Shown here: positions 37,353 to 49,300 of the stretch, in pieces | How the letters are laid out: the number at the start of each line of letters is the position of its first letter | Position numbering within the stretch: position 1 is the stretch's first letter | Assembly (NCBI GenBank): GCA_964247055.1 | Contig: OZ176052.1 | Span: forward strand, 2,604,001 to 2,668,000 | From: Paragordius varius | Taxonomy: Eukaryota; Animalia; Nematomorpha | Direction: 5' to 3' | Length of the DNA stretch: 64,000 bases | Translations under genes and position numbers: made by a program | The notes under the pieces: model-generated | Seen by the model: only the letters and a program-made list of their open reading frames with translations | What the model was told of the DNA's origin: nothing | Databases searched by the model: none

Positions 37353-38723
37353 TTAATGTTTAAAACGATGAAAAATTTTATGAAACAATTCTTTGGCCTT
37401 GATCTTCAATAAACTGATAAATGTAAAGCAAAGAATTGCATTACAAGTGTAAAGTAGGACTAAAAAATAGATGAAAATGTAGGAACCGATCAAAGTTGAC
37501 GGTTTAGTAATGTTGGGAGGGCTCAGGGTGAATACAATGAAACACGTAGTTTCAATAAAAGAAATAAAAAAGACTGATAGAGAATACCGTAAAATATCTG
37601 CTTCTCGCTTTTTCTTGGATATTTTTTTGGGTACATTACCTTTGTTGCTTTTGTTTATATTGGATCCTTGATACTCACGAAACCATTTGCATGATATAAT
37701 ATTTAATATAAGTTTCATCACCTTTAAACGGCTGCTTTTACTATCATTCATAGGTGCTATACTATCCGAGTTGGCTCTATTAAGTTCAAGAATTTGTAAA
37801 GAGTGTGATTCTTGGTCCCCCTGCAAATTGCGGGCGTTTAAAATGATGGCGTTTATATCATTGCCTTTGTTCGCTTCTAAAGAGCTTTGGTTTTCATTAG
37901 TATTACTTATCATATTATTGTTGTTACCAAATGGCAAAAACTCCGATATTTGTGTAACAGGCATTTCACTAATTTGCGTGACTTGCTCTTCACTCCTTCC
38001 ACTAACTTTATTTCGGGCCCGTTTAACATAGCAGACTATGATACAATAGCAAATGAGTGTCCCAAGCGTATTAACACTTTGCCATATGGCATGTGCCATA
38101 AAAAGGGGCGTCCGAAATCCCTGGTAATCAATAAAACACCCATAAAGGAATTTCAAGAAGATGGCTTTACTCAAATACAGTTGCCAAATGCGTGCAACCA
38201 AGGATACGATCCAAACCCCACCTATAATAATATAGGCATACAGTGTTGTAATAATTTTGGTTGAACCTGATGCGGAACCCTGAGATCCTCTATTGCCAGC
38301 GCCAGTTCGTAGGCCAAAAGGAAAACAAACTATAAGACATCGATCTAGGGCAAGGAGAAACATGTGAAGAGAATGCGACATAAAATACACTTCATTGAAC
38401 CAAGTTAGCACGGTACATATAACGTCAATCCGTTTGATGTTGGTTGATGTGAAAATTTGATCGATCCAAGCATATATTAAATAATTTATCACGTATGTTA
38501 TGGCTGAAAAGTAATCACAAACAGCTAAACTGAGGATGAGCAAGTAAGGTGACAACTTTCGCAGGGATGGACTGTTGACAATGGTAATCGCTAAAAACAT
38601 GTTAGCGGTCGATCCAATTAAAGTTGTTATTAGGATGAAAAAACCAAAGATTTTTCGCACAGTCCGGTCTCCAAAATAGTATGGCTCTAATCCCTCTACC
38701 TTAAAGTCCAGAGTGACATTCAT
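37353..38723 (-). CDS. Divergent rhodopsin-like 7TM receptor, 456 aa, intronless paralog of 28481-31314
   Basis: Single ORF. Shares SPY, CD, W.NE..FM.HS.HM..LAL.R, P.FMAH..WQ and KKRE motifs with the first receptor. Long low-complexity third intracellular loop. Confidence 0.9.
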   Translation of the reverse strand: MNVTLDFKVEGLEPYYFGDRTVRKIFGFFILITTLIGSTANMFLAITIVNSPSLRKLSPYLLILSLAVCDYFSAITYVINYLIYAWIDQIFTSTNIKRIDVICTVLTWFNEVYFMSHSLHMFLLALDRCLIVCFPFGLRTGAGNRGSQGSASGSTKIITTLYAYIIIGGVWIVSLVARIWQLYLSKAIFLKFLYGCFIDYQGFRTPLFMAHAIWQSVNTLGTLICYCIIVCYVKRARNKVSGRSEEQVTQISEMPVTQISEFLPFGNNNNMISNTNENQSSLEANKGNDINAIILNARNLQGDQESHSLQILELNRANSDSIAPMNDSKSSRLKVMKLILNIISCKWFREYQGSNINKSNKGNVPKKISKKKREADILRYSLSVFFISFIETTCFIVFTLSPPNITKPSTLIGSYIFIYFLVLLYTCNAILCFTFISLLKIKAKELFHKIFHRFKH

Positions 38724-39506
38724 GGTTAAAATTTAGGCAATGTGTGTAATACAGAATAATTAACAGAAAAACAGGTAAAATATTTTCTGGATAAAAATGA
38801 TGAAAGTATAGAGGTAAAAAACATTTATTTGTTTTGAAGCAGCACTTAATTAATGGATTAATTTGGACGTTTCAACAGGACAAAAATCTGTACAGGATCA
38901 AAATATTTTAGTTTATTCCATTTTTGTGCAAAAATATATTACCATGAGACAAACTATGCAGCTCAGTGTTAACATTCTATTAGATTTTTATACAACTTAA
39001 ACTGCTATTATTTCATAAAAAATTCTCCTATATAATTTTTATTAATATTAGAATGTTTTTTTGATAGGTATAAATTAATGATTTAAAAACATTATATAAT
39101 TTATTTTTGACAGATCATACAATAGCGTTTTCGCACATACAAAACGTATTTTAATGTGATTTTAATTGGTGAAATTTTATATGGCTTTCAAATAAAATTG
39201 ATACTTAAAAATTTTAAAATGGATTTTATAATAGTGATTTATACGCTTTAAAATAATAAAATTAATTGCAATTTTCAGGGTCATTCAATCATGAAAGATT
39301 GAAAAAAACATTGGTTATATCAATCAAAAATATATAGGAAGGGGTATAAGTTAAATTATAGCTCTGAATCCACCAATATATTTTGAGGTATCTAAACAAC
39401 ACCAAATGTTTTCAACAGTAAAAGCCCCATTTTCAAAAATTATTATTATCGTGTTTTGATATACGTATCTTTTTCTCAATGTGTTACAGAACAATACAGT
39501 TACGAT

Positions 39507-40523
39507 TAGGGTTGTGTATTTGACTGCTTTTTCAAAAAAGTCCGGTCAGACCCAGTCAGACCATTGACCACTTTTTACTTAAAGTTAGTATCATGCGATA
39601 TTGGATTGTCGAAATAATGTTCGAATTACACTTACGTTTCACTAATAATGTCATGTTTTTTCTGGAAAGTTTGTATTATACATTTTTTTGATAATTATTA
39701 TTTACAATATTTCCAATCGAAATTAATCAAGAAATTGTTTTCAAATAAATTTTGCTACGTGTTTAGGGCCTTCTGAATCTTCAAATACGTAGCTTAAACT
39801 GGATATTTCAAATAAAATTTTACCTAGTTTTTACACTTTCTTTCATCATTAAAATATCCAATTATATTATGTTTTATTGGTTCACATATATGGAAAAATT
39901 GCATTTGCAAAGTGCTTGATTGTTTTGTTTTTAGAAATAACTGGATATGCTTAAATGCTTATGTATTTGGGATGCATGTTTAAAACTTTTAATATATTGT
40001 TAAAAGAAGCATATTTAAATATTTAATTTTTATTTTTAAAAAATATATATTAAATAAAAACTTATTATTTCTCTTCCAAAAAAAATTTACTAGCATTTTT
40101 TCAAAAAATAGCGGTTTCTTTCAATGACCATGGTCAAAAATAAATAGTCACTGACCTGGTCATGACCCGGTCAATTGACCGGGTCAAGACTTTACACTAA
40201 AAATTGAAATTATACGGACAAAACATGAAAATATAAAGACAAATATTTTTTTAAAGACAACCATACTTTACTTTTTAAATCTTGATTTTTTTAAATATAA
40301 TTCATTGTTTCAAACTGCAAAGTATAATATAGAAATGTAAATTGGTAACACAATTAATTATGTATAATTACCATTGTAATTAAATGTTTTTTTATAGAAT
40401 AATCTAAGGTTTAAAAAAGTATGGTTGTTTTGTGAAAAAAATATGGTAGTTATATTTTTACATTTTGGCCGTATAATTTTTACTGTATATTTATCGTATC
40501 GGTCATTGTCTAATTCACATAAG
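39507..40523. mobile_element. Degenerate non-autonomous hAT related to 53573-54943, with a nested MITE
   Basis: Left end TAGGGTTGTG with GTCAGACC repeats and GACCTGGTCATGACCCGGTCA subterminal repeats. Degenerate right end GGTCATTGTCTAATTCAC. No TSD was recovered. Confidence 0.55.
40195..40485. mobile_element. Tc1/mariner/pogo-type MITE
   Basis: Same GAAATTATACGGACAAAAC TIR as 41715-41913, flanked by TA. Confidence 0.7.
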
Positions 40524-41714
40524 AAGCATATAGGAAATTTTATTTTTTAGTAATTTAATAAGGGTGGGACCAGGTGACGCCTATTAGAGTTTTACAACTC
40601 ATCCCTGTTAATAGAGATAATACATATATCAATAAAATGTTTATACAGTAAACAACCATATAGTGCTTATCTTGGTTTTTATATTGTTTATAAGGAAGGA
40701 TAAAAATTGAAAACTTAATCAAAATAATTAGAAAATTCATACTTACCTGTACATATTAAAATTTTTTTGTTATTAGCAATCGATACCCATAAAACCAATA
40801 ATATCGCTGCAGTGTAAACCATAGTTAATGAGAAAATTAAATAAATATCGCAATTTTTATATGGTGATTTTGTGTGCTTTTAATTATTTTTAACATCATT
40901 TTAAATTATTTTTAATGCATTTCGAGATTGTTTTAATTAAATAAATTCATTCTTCCATTTTTACCCAATAAACGTTATACTTAATTTGTCCACTCTGTGT
41001 CTCCAAAAAATGCTCATAAACAAAATAAATTTGTATAAAAATAAAAAACTAATCCATCAATAGTGTATGAATTATTTTAAATTATTCATGAGGCTTATAA
41101 ACTTATCAGATTTAGTAATAATATAAAAAAAGGTAAATAGTTTTAAATTTTCATAGTATAAAGTTGTATTTTGAGCTTTTAGTAGGGACTTCACATATAC
41201 AAAATATGCTAAAAAAATTTTTAACATGTCCTTTTCTTTTGTTGTCAAACTATCTTTAGATATGTGCATAAAAAAATTTTATCCAACATTTCTAAAAAAT
41301 TTATTTTATCTAATAACAATAGAGTAACACAATCCCAAATAAATTAATTATTTTTTTCTTTAAGATTAAGCTTTTGTAAGTTAATAATTTATGTTTAAAG
41401 TAAAGCTTAGCAGGATATTAAAAAATTATGAGGTATAAACTGTTCTAAAAGCAATATTTGTCGGTATATCTTTCAAAACTTATTTTTTAGATTTTTTGTA
41501 AGATGACGATAATTACTGTGCATAAGTTATTTTTTTTATAAATATTAAATAATATAAACGTTGAAAATAGTTTCATTTAGTATTGTTAATGCAGCCTACG
41601 CGTTCTAGCAAAATTGGGAGACTGTAAATTTTTCGCTCAAAAATTATTTTTAAATCAAAAAACTATCATGACCAAAAATGTATCAGATTAATCCTTAATT
41701 GCAAAATGATCATA

Positions 41715-41913
41715 CAGTAAAAACTGAAATTATACGGACAAAACGTACAAATATAAAGACAGATATTTTTTCCTAAAAGACAACCATACTTTTTAAATCT
41801 TGATTTTTAGAGTTTAACTCAAATGAGAAAAATTTATAAAGTAGGGTTGTCTTTTGAAAAAAAATATTTGTCTTTATATTTTTACGTTTTGTCCGTATAA
41901 TTTCAGTTAACTG
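41715..41913. mobile_element. Tc1/mariner/pogo-type MITE, 199 bp
   Basis: TA|CAGT...ACTG|TA termini with imperfect TIRs of about 70 bp (AACTGAAATTATACGGACAAAACGTA / TACGTTTTGTCCGTATAATTTCAGTT). Confidence 0.85.
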
Positions 41914-42260
41914 TAAATAATTTTAATAAAATCAGAAAAATACATGCGTAAATTTTAACAGTAAAACCCTATTTCTTTCAATATATCATTATTTTGTAAA
42001 AATAATTTTTCAAGACACGGTCGAAGTTGATTTAAACTATTTTTTTTCATTGCAGTATGAGCACACAATAAGGGAAATATAACTTTGAAATTTAAATATA
42101 TTTTTGGTAATAAACTCACATCGTTTCATTCCAATAATATCAATTATAATAACTTAAAAATAATTCAAATTAATAGCTCCAATATCGATATTTTAGAATT
42201 ATATATGAAGTTAATATCAACAAGCGTCCAAATTTATTTATCTATAAAATTGCATAATAA

Positions 42261-45200
42261 TCAAAGCTTTTTCGGATCCTCTTTAAGCGTAACACAGCGA
42301 TTGAAAACGAGCTAAAGGTTCAACAAAAAGAAAAAGTTATTGAAAAAAAAACGTTAAAATTAACAAAAAATTATTAAATTAAACAATTTTAAAGATATGT
42401 TTCAGTAATTTAAATCAAATATCAGGTTCGAAAATAAATACTTTTTTGGAAGTTGTATCGGGATCTACGCTAAAATAACCAATTCGTTCAAATTGAAATT
42501 TCTCGAATGGAGCTGCCACACCGGCCACAGACTTATCTACCAAAGCATGCGGAATAATGTGTTCAGATTTCTAAAAAAAGGATATAAAAAATAATTTTGG
42601 AGGTAATTAAACTTAAATTTAATATTTATGGCATCTAAGAAAAGAAAAAACTTCATTGATATCGGACAAAAATCCTTCAGGAACTTGTTGTGCATTTTCA
42701 GGATTAGCATGCTTGAATCTAAACAAGATTTATTCATTAAAATATTAAACAATTGAGAATTTTTAATGATGGTAAAATGCCAATTTATTTTAATAGATTA
42801 TTATATAAAGCATTAATTACATAACTGATTAAAAATTATTTATTCGCAATATGTAATTTTAGGGCTCCAAATGTAGATTTTTCTGTTATATTATCCCATC
42901 TTAATATTTAAAATATTGAGTATTCATTGCGTTATAAAAGTTTATGTGTAATTTAAACCTATTTTCAAAAAATTAATATAATAATATTGAATTACCCAGA
43001 TAAAATACAAAATTATCAAGTGTTTTAAAGTCCCATTTTAATTTTTATTCAAAACAACGACTTACAATTTTTCGTACAATCTGACTTCAATGATGAGTGG
43101 ATCATAAACCCATTGAATGTAGCCCTTCACCGATTTTTTATTTTCAGGTGTAACTGGTTCCGCCCTAACTCTCAATTCTTTGATTCTTGTTTTTGCCGCA
43201 TTATTGTTTTCAAACTATTTTGAATAGCAGAATAATTACATAAGTATATATGTCATATGAAATTTAAATATGCGTTTTAATTATAAGAGGAAAAATTGTC
43301 ATTTTTTAGGTAAAACAACCATATTTTTTATACCATTCCATTTCTTGTACCGTAATGATCAAATATTATATAATATATATAACCTTAAAAATATTTGGAT
43401 TCGAGAAACAATTACTGATTAGCTCATATATATTTTTATCCATATTTAAATCTTTTTTATTTAGGGCGCGTAATTTGTGTTTAAATTCACTAAAAATGCA
43501 CTCATTAGGTTCAACGGAGGCCAGGATGGCTAGGAAAATGAATTTCCAAATTTTAAATGTCGATAACCATTGCATAAAGAAGATATCAAACCGTTGATAC
43601 TAAAATTGCCAAGGAGTTTATATTTTTAAATCTTGGCTTAATTGTTGCAAATTCTGTTTTTACACCAACAATATATATTAAGATTGTAACTATTGATTCC
43701 AATTATGTAAGAATGAAAATTTGTAAAATTTACATTGCTAAATTTAAAAGATGTTAAATTATCCTTTTATTGCGATTAATAGGCTCAATTTGCACCTATT
43801 TAGCAACATATACTACTAAACTAAATTGATCTTTTTAAGATATGGCATATTATCTCAAAAATGTTCATTTAACGTTAAATTTTAATTATCGTAAAATATG
43901 TTCAACATTCTCTTAAAGAGGAGGCCTTTGTGCTTACACTTTTGTTAAGCGTGTGTGTTGTCATGTGCAAATCCTACAAAAAATCATATCATACAATTTA
44001 TAAAGATACCCTAATGCCAAATTAATCAAAGCGTAAAAGTTTTTTAATAATCATTTCAATTTATAATGTGATATCTTATTTTAAATATGTATGATAAAGG
44101 CAGAGAATGTGGGACATTCGAAGAAAGAATATGAGAGCATCTTGAATAATCCATTGATTTTGATTAATATGACGAAAAGTATACGTGCTGTATTCATGCA
44201 ATATACGGCGGAAATCCAACACAAGAGATTGAATAGAGACTAACGACAATAATAGTTTAACCTTAGATGACATATTTGACAATATTCCATATTTTTCAAA
44301 ATTTCTAAATTTAACTAGCATATGATTATGTTAGTAAATAGGCGTAGTATTAGCCTGGTAACTGCAATAAATTAATATAAAATTTAACTTTGCCAATTTT
44401 ACCATAATTAAACCAAATTAAATGTCCTTTTTCCATGAAATTAAACACAAATTACGCGCCTTAAATAAGAAGGATTTAAATATGGATAAAAATATATATG
44501 AGGTTTATTAAATATTTGGATGTAAGATGTATTTACATATAGATTAAAGATATTAATATCAAAAATCTTTTTGTAAAACATTTATTATGAACCTTTTTTA
44601 ATAATGATTTATATTTAAAAATAACAATAGATCGGAATGTTTGAAATTTTGTATTACTATCCAAATAAAAAAACTTTCTTTCCGCATAAAAAAGGAGGTG
44701 CAACAAAATTGTTATCCGTATAAAAAATTGCAATATTTACGGTTTAAAGAATGTTTCAAAAAAATTGTCCCATATAAAATTATAAAAAATTTCATGTAAT
44801 TATAGAAAATACTTTACCCTGACAACCTGATCAACATGTAAAATAAGATTGATGTACCGTAAACCAACACCCTGTTTCATAGTCAAGCGTTTAAATCCAG
44901 GATCCGTATTATTCTAACAAAAAATAAAACGTTTTTATAAATTTAATTATTGCAATATTTTTTGCCAATAAAGTTTTAAGATAATCATATTTAATGTTAT
45001 CAAAATCTGTTTCGGTTACAATTATTACCCCAACAAAAAATATTATAAGATAGCCTGCCTATTTTCTTGCAATTAAATTGCCATTAAGATTACCAATTAA
45101 AAATCTAAATATATGCTTGCAATTCGAATAAAATTAAAAATGTATTTTTAAAAGAGGGGGGGGGTGGTACATTATATAAAAAATGATTTTATTTTGCATT

Positions 45201-46292
45201 CTGTAATTGCATATGTTTACTTTAACCGTTTTAAAAACTTTTTCAATGTTAAACAGTTATAAATAAGTAAACTTTTTCACTCCAGTTTCAATCCCTAATA
45301 GTCAACATGCGTTACTAATCTATTATTATTATAATATTATTATAGCTAACAAATATATATAAAAATTATGCTTCATTTTAGATTTTTAGTATATAATAAA
45401 AATCAAAAATGAACCTCATCAAAATCACTCAAATCAATGTAAAATGATGGACCAAAATGCGTTGTGTATGTCCCCTTTTCGGGTTGATTTGGAAAATAAG
45501 GAATAGTTAATTCGATTATTGAGTTAGTTAAATCTTTCGGATTACTATAATACATGTATAAAATTAAGAAAATAACTTTTATAAAAGAATACCAAGGTTC
45601 GAAATTTTATTTATAGGGTTATAAGACATCTAAACGTGCAACCATAAATTACTAGAAAGAATATAATATCAAGATGTGATGCATAACAAAATTAAATTAA
45701 TCTAGTATTAATCATAAAATATCTTGCATTTGGAACTTATATAAAACAATTTTCAATTAAAAAATTTTAAGGTATGATATTATCCCAGTATACTTTGTAA
45801 AATAACTTATATTTAAAATGGTATCATAAAAGTATTCATTTGATTGAAACAACTTATAAAAAACAAATATATATTAGATATTATTACAATCTACTTTGAA
45901 AATAAAATTATATTTAAAACTTCATTATATAAAGTTTCAAGCCTTTAATAAAAGAAATTACAGATTCAAATACTTTACAAACATAAAAAAATGAAAATTA
46001 ATAGATATCACATACTCAACAATTCGCATATTAGAAGTGCATTCTGGTGTGCAGCTTTGTCGAATATAATCCAATATTTGGTTCCAATTCCCAATTGTAA
46101 TTTTACATGGTTCTAGGATGGCCATAACTCTCCTAGCACTTTCATTCAATTCATCTCTCACGAATGATTCCAACATTTCAATGTCAACACTGGTGAGAGC
46201 TGTCGTAACACCCAACGAAGCACAAAATTTGTTTATGGCTTCAGGGGGATAACTTTAATTTATGAAAAATATATGTAATTTCAGATATGTTG

Positions 46293-46325
<33 letters not shown>

Positions 46326-49300
46326 TAGATACATTTAGAAAAATTGTAATATTAATTACGGTAAAAATTGAATAATAACATAACGTACAAAAATAAAAAT
46401 ATATTTTTAGCATAGAAATAAAACCATACTTTTTTAACCATAACTTATATGATTACCAATTTACAAATATTAGGTGTATTTTTGGACATCTCGGCTCTCT
46501 ATTTGCAATACTTTGAAAATAATGGTTGAAAATAATATAATTGTGTAAACAAAATTTGTTTTTTTAGTTCATGTCTTTATATAATTGAATTATACAGTAA
46601 TCAACTAACCATCCTTTTCTAAGTTCCATAGATTCAAATATTAATTAAATTTTGGAAAAAAAACCAATTTTTTACACTTAAATGCCACAGTTATATCAAT
46701 TGGATTAAAGACATACCCTCGTCTCCGGAGACCAGTTAGAGTATAAAGTCTAGGATCATCCCAATCCCTGACACACTTGCTTTCAATGAGTTTTGCAATT
46801 TTTCGTTTACTAACTACACTATGAGTTACATTCAATCGCCCATATTCCCATTGCACGGGACAATACAAATCCAAGGCATTACATAGCCAATAATAGGAGG
46901 AACGTCGTGATTGAAACTCTTTGGTACAAAGACTGTGTGTTATATCCTCAAAACTGTCACACAAACAATGCGTGAAATCATACGTTGGATATATGCACCT
47001 ACATTGTAGGATCGAAAAAAGTATAGTAAAGATCAGCGAAAAATAAGGCGTAAAATAAAAAAAATCTAATTTTTATGCAAAAAGCCGCATCTTAAGGATC
47101 AACCATTTTTAAATCTTTATTATTCTATGTAAATCGTTAACTGTATAAAGTGGGTGTCCGCCCTACCCTTACCTACGCCTGCGAAACTTGGGCAATCACA
47201 AAAACATAAGAATCAAAAAGAACGGAAGACAAAATGCTAAAATATATGATAATTTCTATAAATAAACTAAAACCAATAACAGCTTTTATCAGAACAAATA
47301 GACTTCGGTACAAAGAAATTTTTGATTTACAATTCCCTGCCCCCAACCGAAAAGGGAGGCCTGAAATAACGGACTCAAATCATAGAACAAGATTATAAAC
47401 TCCCGAACATACCTCGAAACGCAAAATAAAATCAATTATAACTTCCCATTTAAATAAAAAAATATTGCCAAATCTACAAAAAATACAGTTTAACCGTTGA
47501 CTCTCGATCACAAAAACCTGACATTTATTACGAACATTTTAACTTTTTTTAAATTTGTAAATTACCATTCGTTTCCTGTACGATGGTGTGGTACAAACTT
47601 TATTCTATAGGCTACAGGATCCATTTTCCCTTCTTCAAGTCTAACTTTCATTCTTAGCGTGGCTTTACCTTCATCAATTTTGCCGTGTTTCATATCCTAT
47701 TAGAATAAAAATTTGATAAAAAAGTAATTTATTTAAAATATTATTTGGATAATAAACAATAAAATAAATTTATTCAAAAAAACACATTTTAATTTATTAC
47801 CATACATTTTTATGGATTTAACATTTTGTATTGTCAATCTGCTAGGTATAATGCATAAATAAAAAAAATTCGAATACATTCGAACACTTATATTTTAATT
47901 ACCTTTCATAGTTTGGTATTAAATATTTTTTACACATTGAATTTTAAAACATTCCAATTTTATCCACTTTTCTCTGCAAAAACTAAAAATAATTTAACAG
48001 AAAAGTTTTTATAATAAAAAAATTTATTGGCCAAACAAAGGTTTTACATGATTTAGTGATAAAATTTATGAGATTTAATTGTTAAAGAGAAAAAGAGAGC
48101 GTCCGTACATTAAATAAAATCAAATTTTCATCAACACTCCGGGTGCGCCAAGGTGAAGGCTTTGGATCAAACCCTTTTATTTCATCCGCACTTTGATGGC
48201 AAACGTAAGCAAGTCCCTTGTGGATAAGTTCAACAGCACATTCATACAAGCGTTGAAAATAATCACTAGAATGCGTAATTTTCCATGGTTTATAACCTTG
48301 CAAAACCAATGTATATATATATATAATAAATGTAGTTTTGTTTTAGGGGTTAAAAGATTAATTGGTGCATTGTGCCTAGTTTAATGATTTAATTTTCACT
48401 ACTGTTTACAAAAGGGAAAAAGAGATGATAAACATATAGGTAGAAATGTCTACATGTGGTATATTATGGAGCGCTTATTGAGTTAAATATTCAAAACGTA
48501 AAAATTTGATATAAAATACAGATAGAAGAACAAATAAATTCTCTAATCAAACATTCCGATAGTTTAAGAATTGGGAGATATTACATTGGTGTCGAAACAT
48601 TTTACTTTATTATTTATAGCAGGGGTGTGCAGCACTGATATTTTTGCGGCTGTTTTGATAATTTTTGTTTTTTTTATTTATTTTAGCCTAATTTTGAATG
48701 ATATATCTTCTAAATTATCGTAAATTTTTAATTGATATCCAATTACATTAAAACACTTTTGTGTATACCGAAAAAAGAGTGTTGGACAACACTGAATCAC
48801 AATTTTAAATTTAATCTTATCAAAAATTTTAAAATATATCCATTTATATAATCAAATAAAAAAATTATATATAATTTTAAACAGAAACATTTTTTAGATA
48901 AATCAAATATACCCACCCAGCCATCTGACCATTTCTTCGATTCCTAAGAAAAATTTTTCCTCTTCCTTTTCGGGATTCGTGTCATCGTATCGAAGGTAAC
49001 ACAATCCATCATTTGCCTTATTAAATAAATAATTTTTACAGCAAAATGTTGCTTTTTATTTAATATTGGCTGATAACATAGAGTAAAGAGTAATTGGGTA
49101 ATGCCATTAAAAAACGAAAAAAAAACAGCCAATTTTTTATGCTCTTTGCTGTATATATAAAAATAACTAGCAATGTGCACTTCATACTGTCATTTTCACC
49201 GCAAAATTAAATCAGTAAAAATATTAAAAAATGCATAAAATTTAAAATAAGAAAATATGTACTTATATATATACACATAAAGCCCGTATTGTATAATGAC

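Noticed and set aside
37687-38264. Plus-strand ORFs of 114 and 125 aa
   Set aside because: Antisense shadows of the GPCR coding sequence.
42635-42651. Apparent 17-nt intron GTTTTTTCTTTTCTTAG in QARS1
   Set aside because: Using this acceptor gives ATG CCA TAA. The acceptor at 42571 restores the conserved C-terminus (81-nt intron).
48620-48794. Candidate hAT MITE (CAGGGGTGTGCAGCACT / AGTGTTGGACAACACTG)
   Set aside because: Weak TIR match and no TSD.
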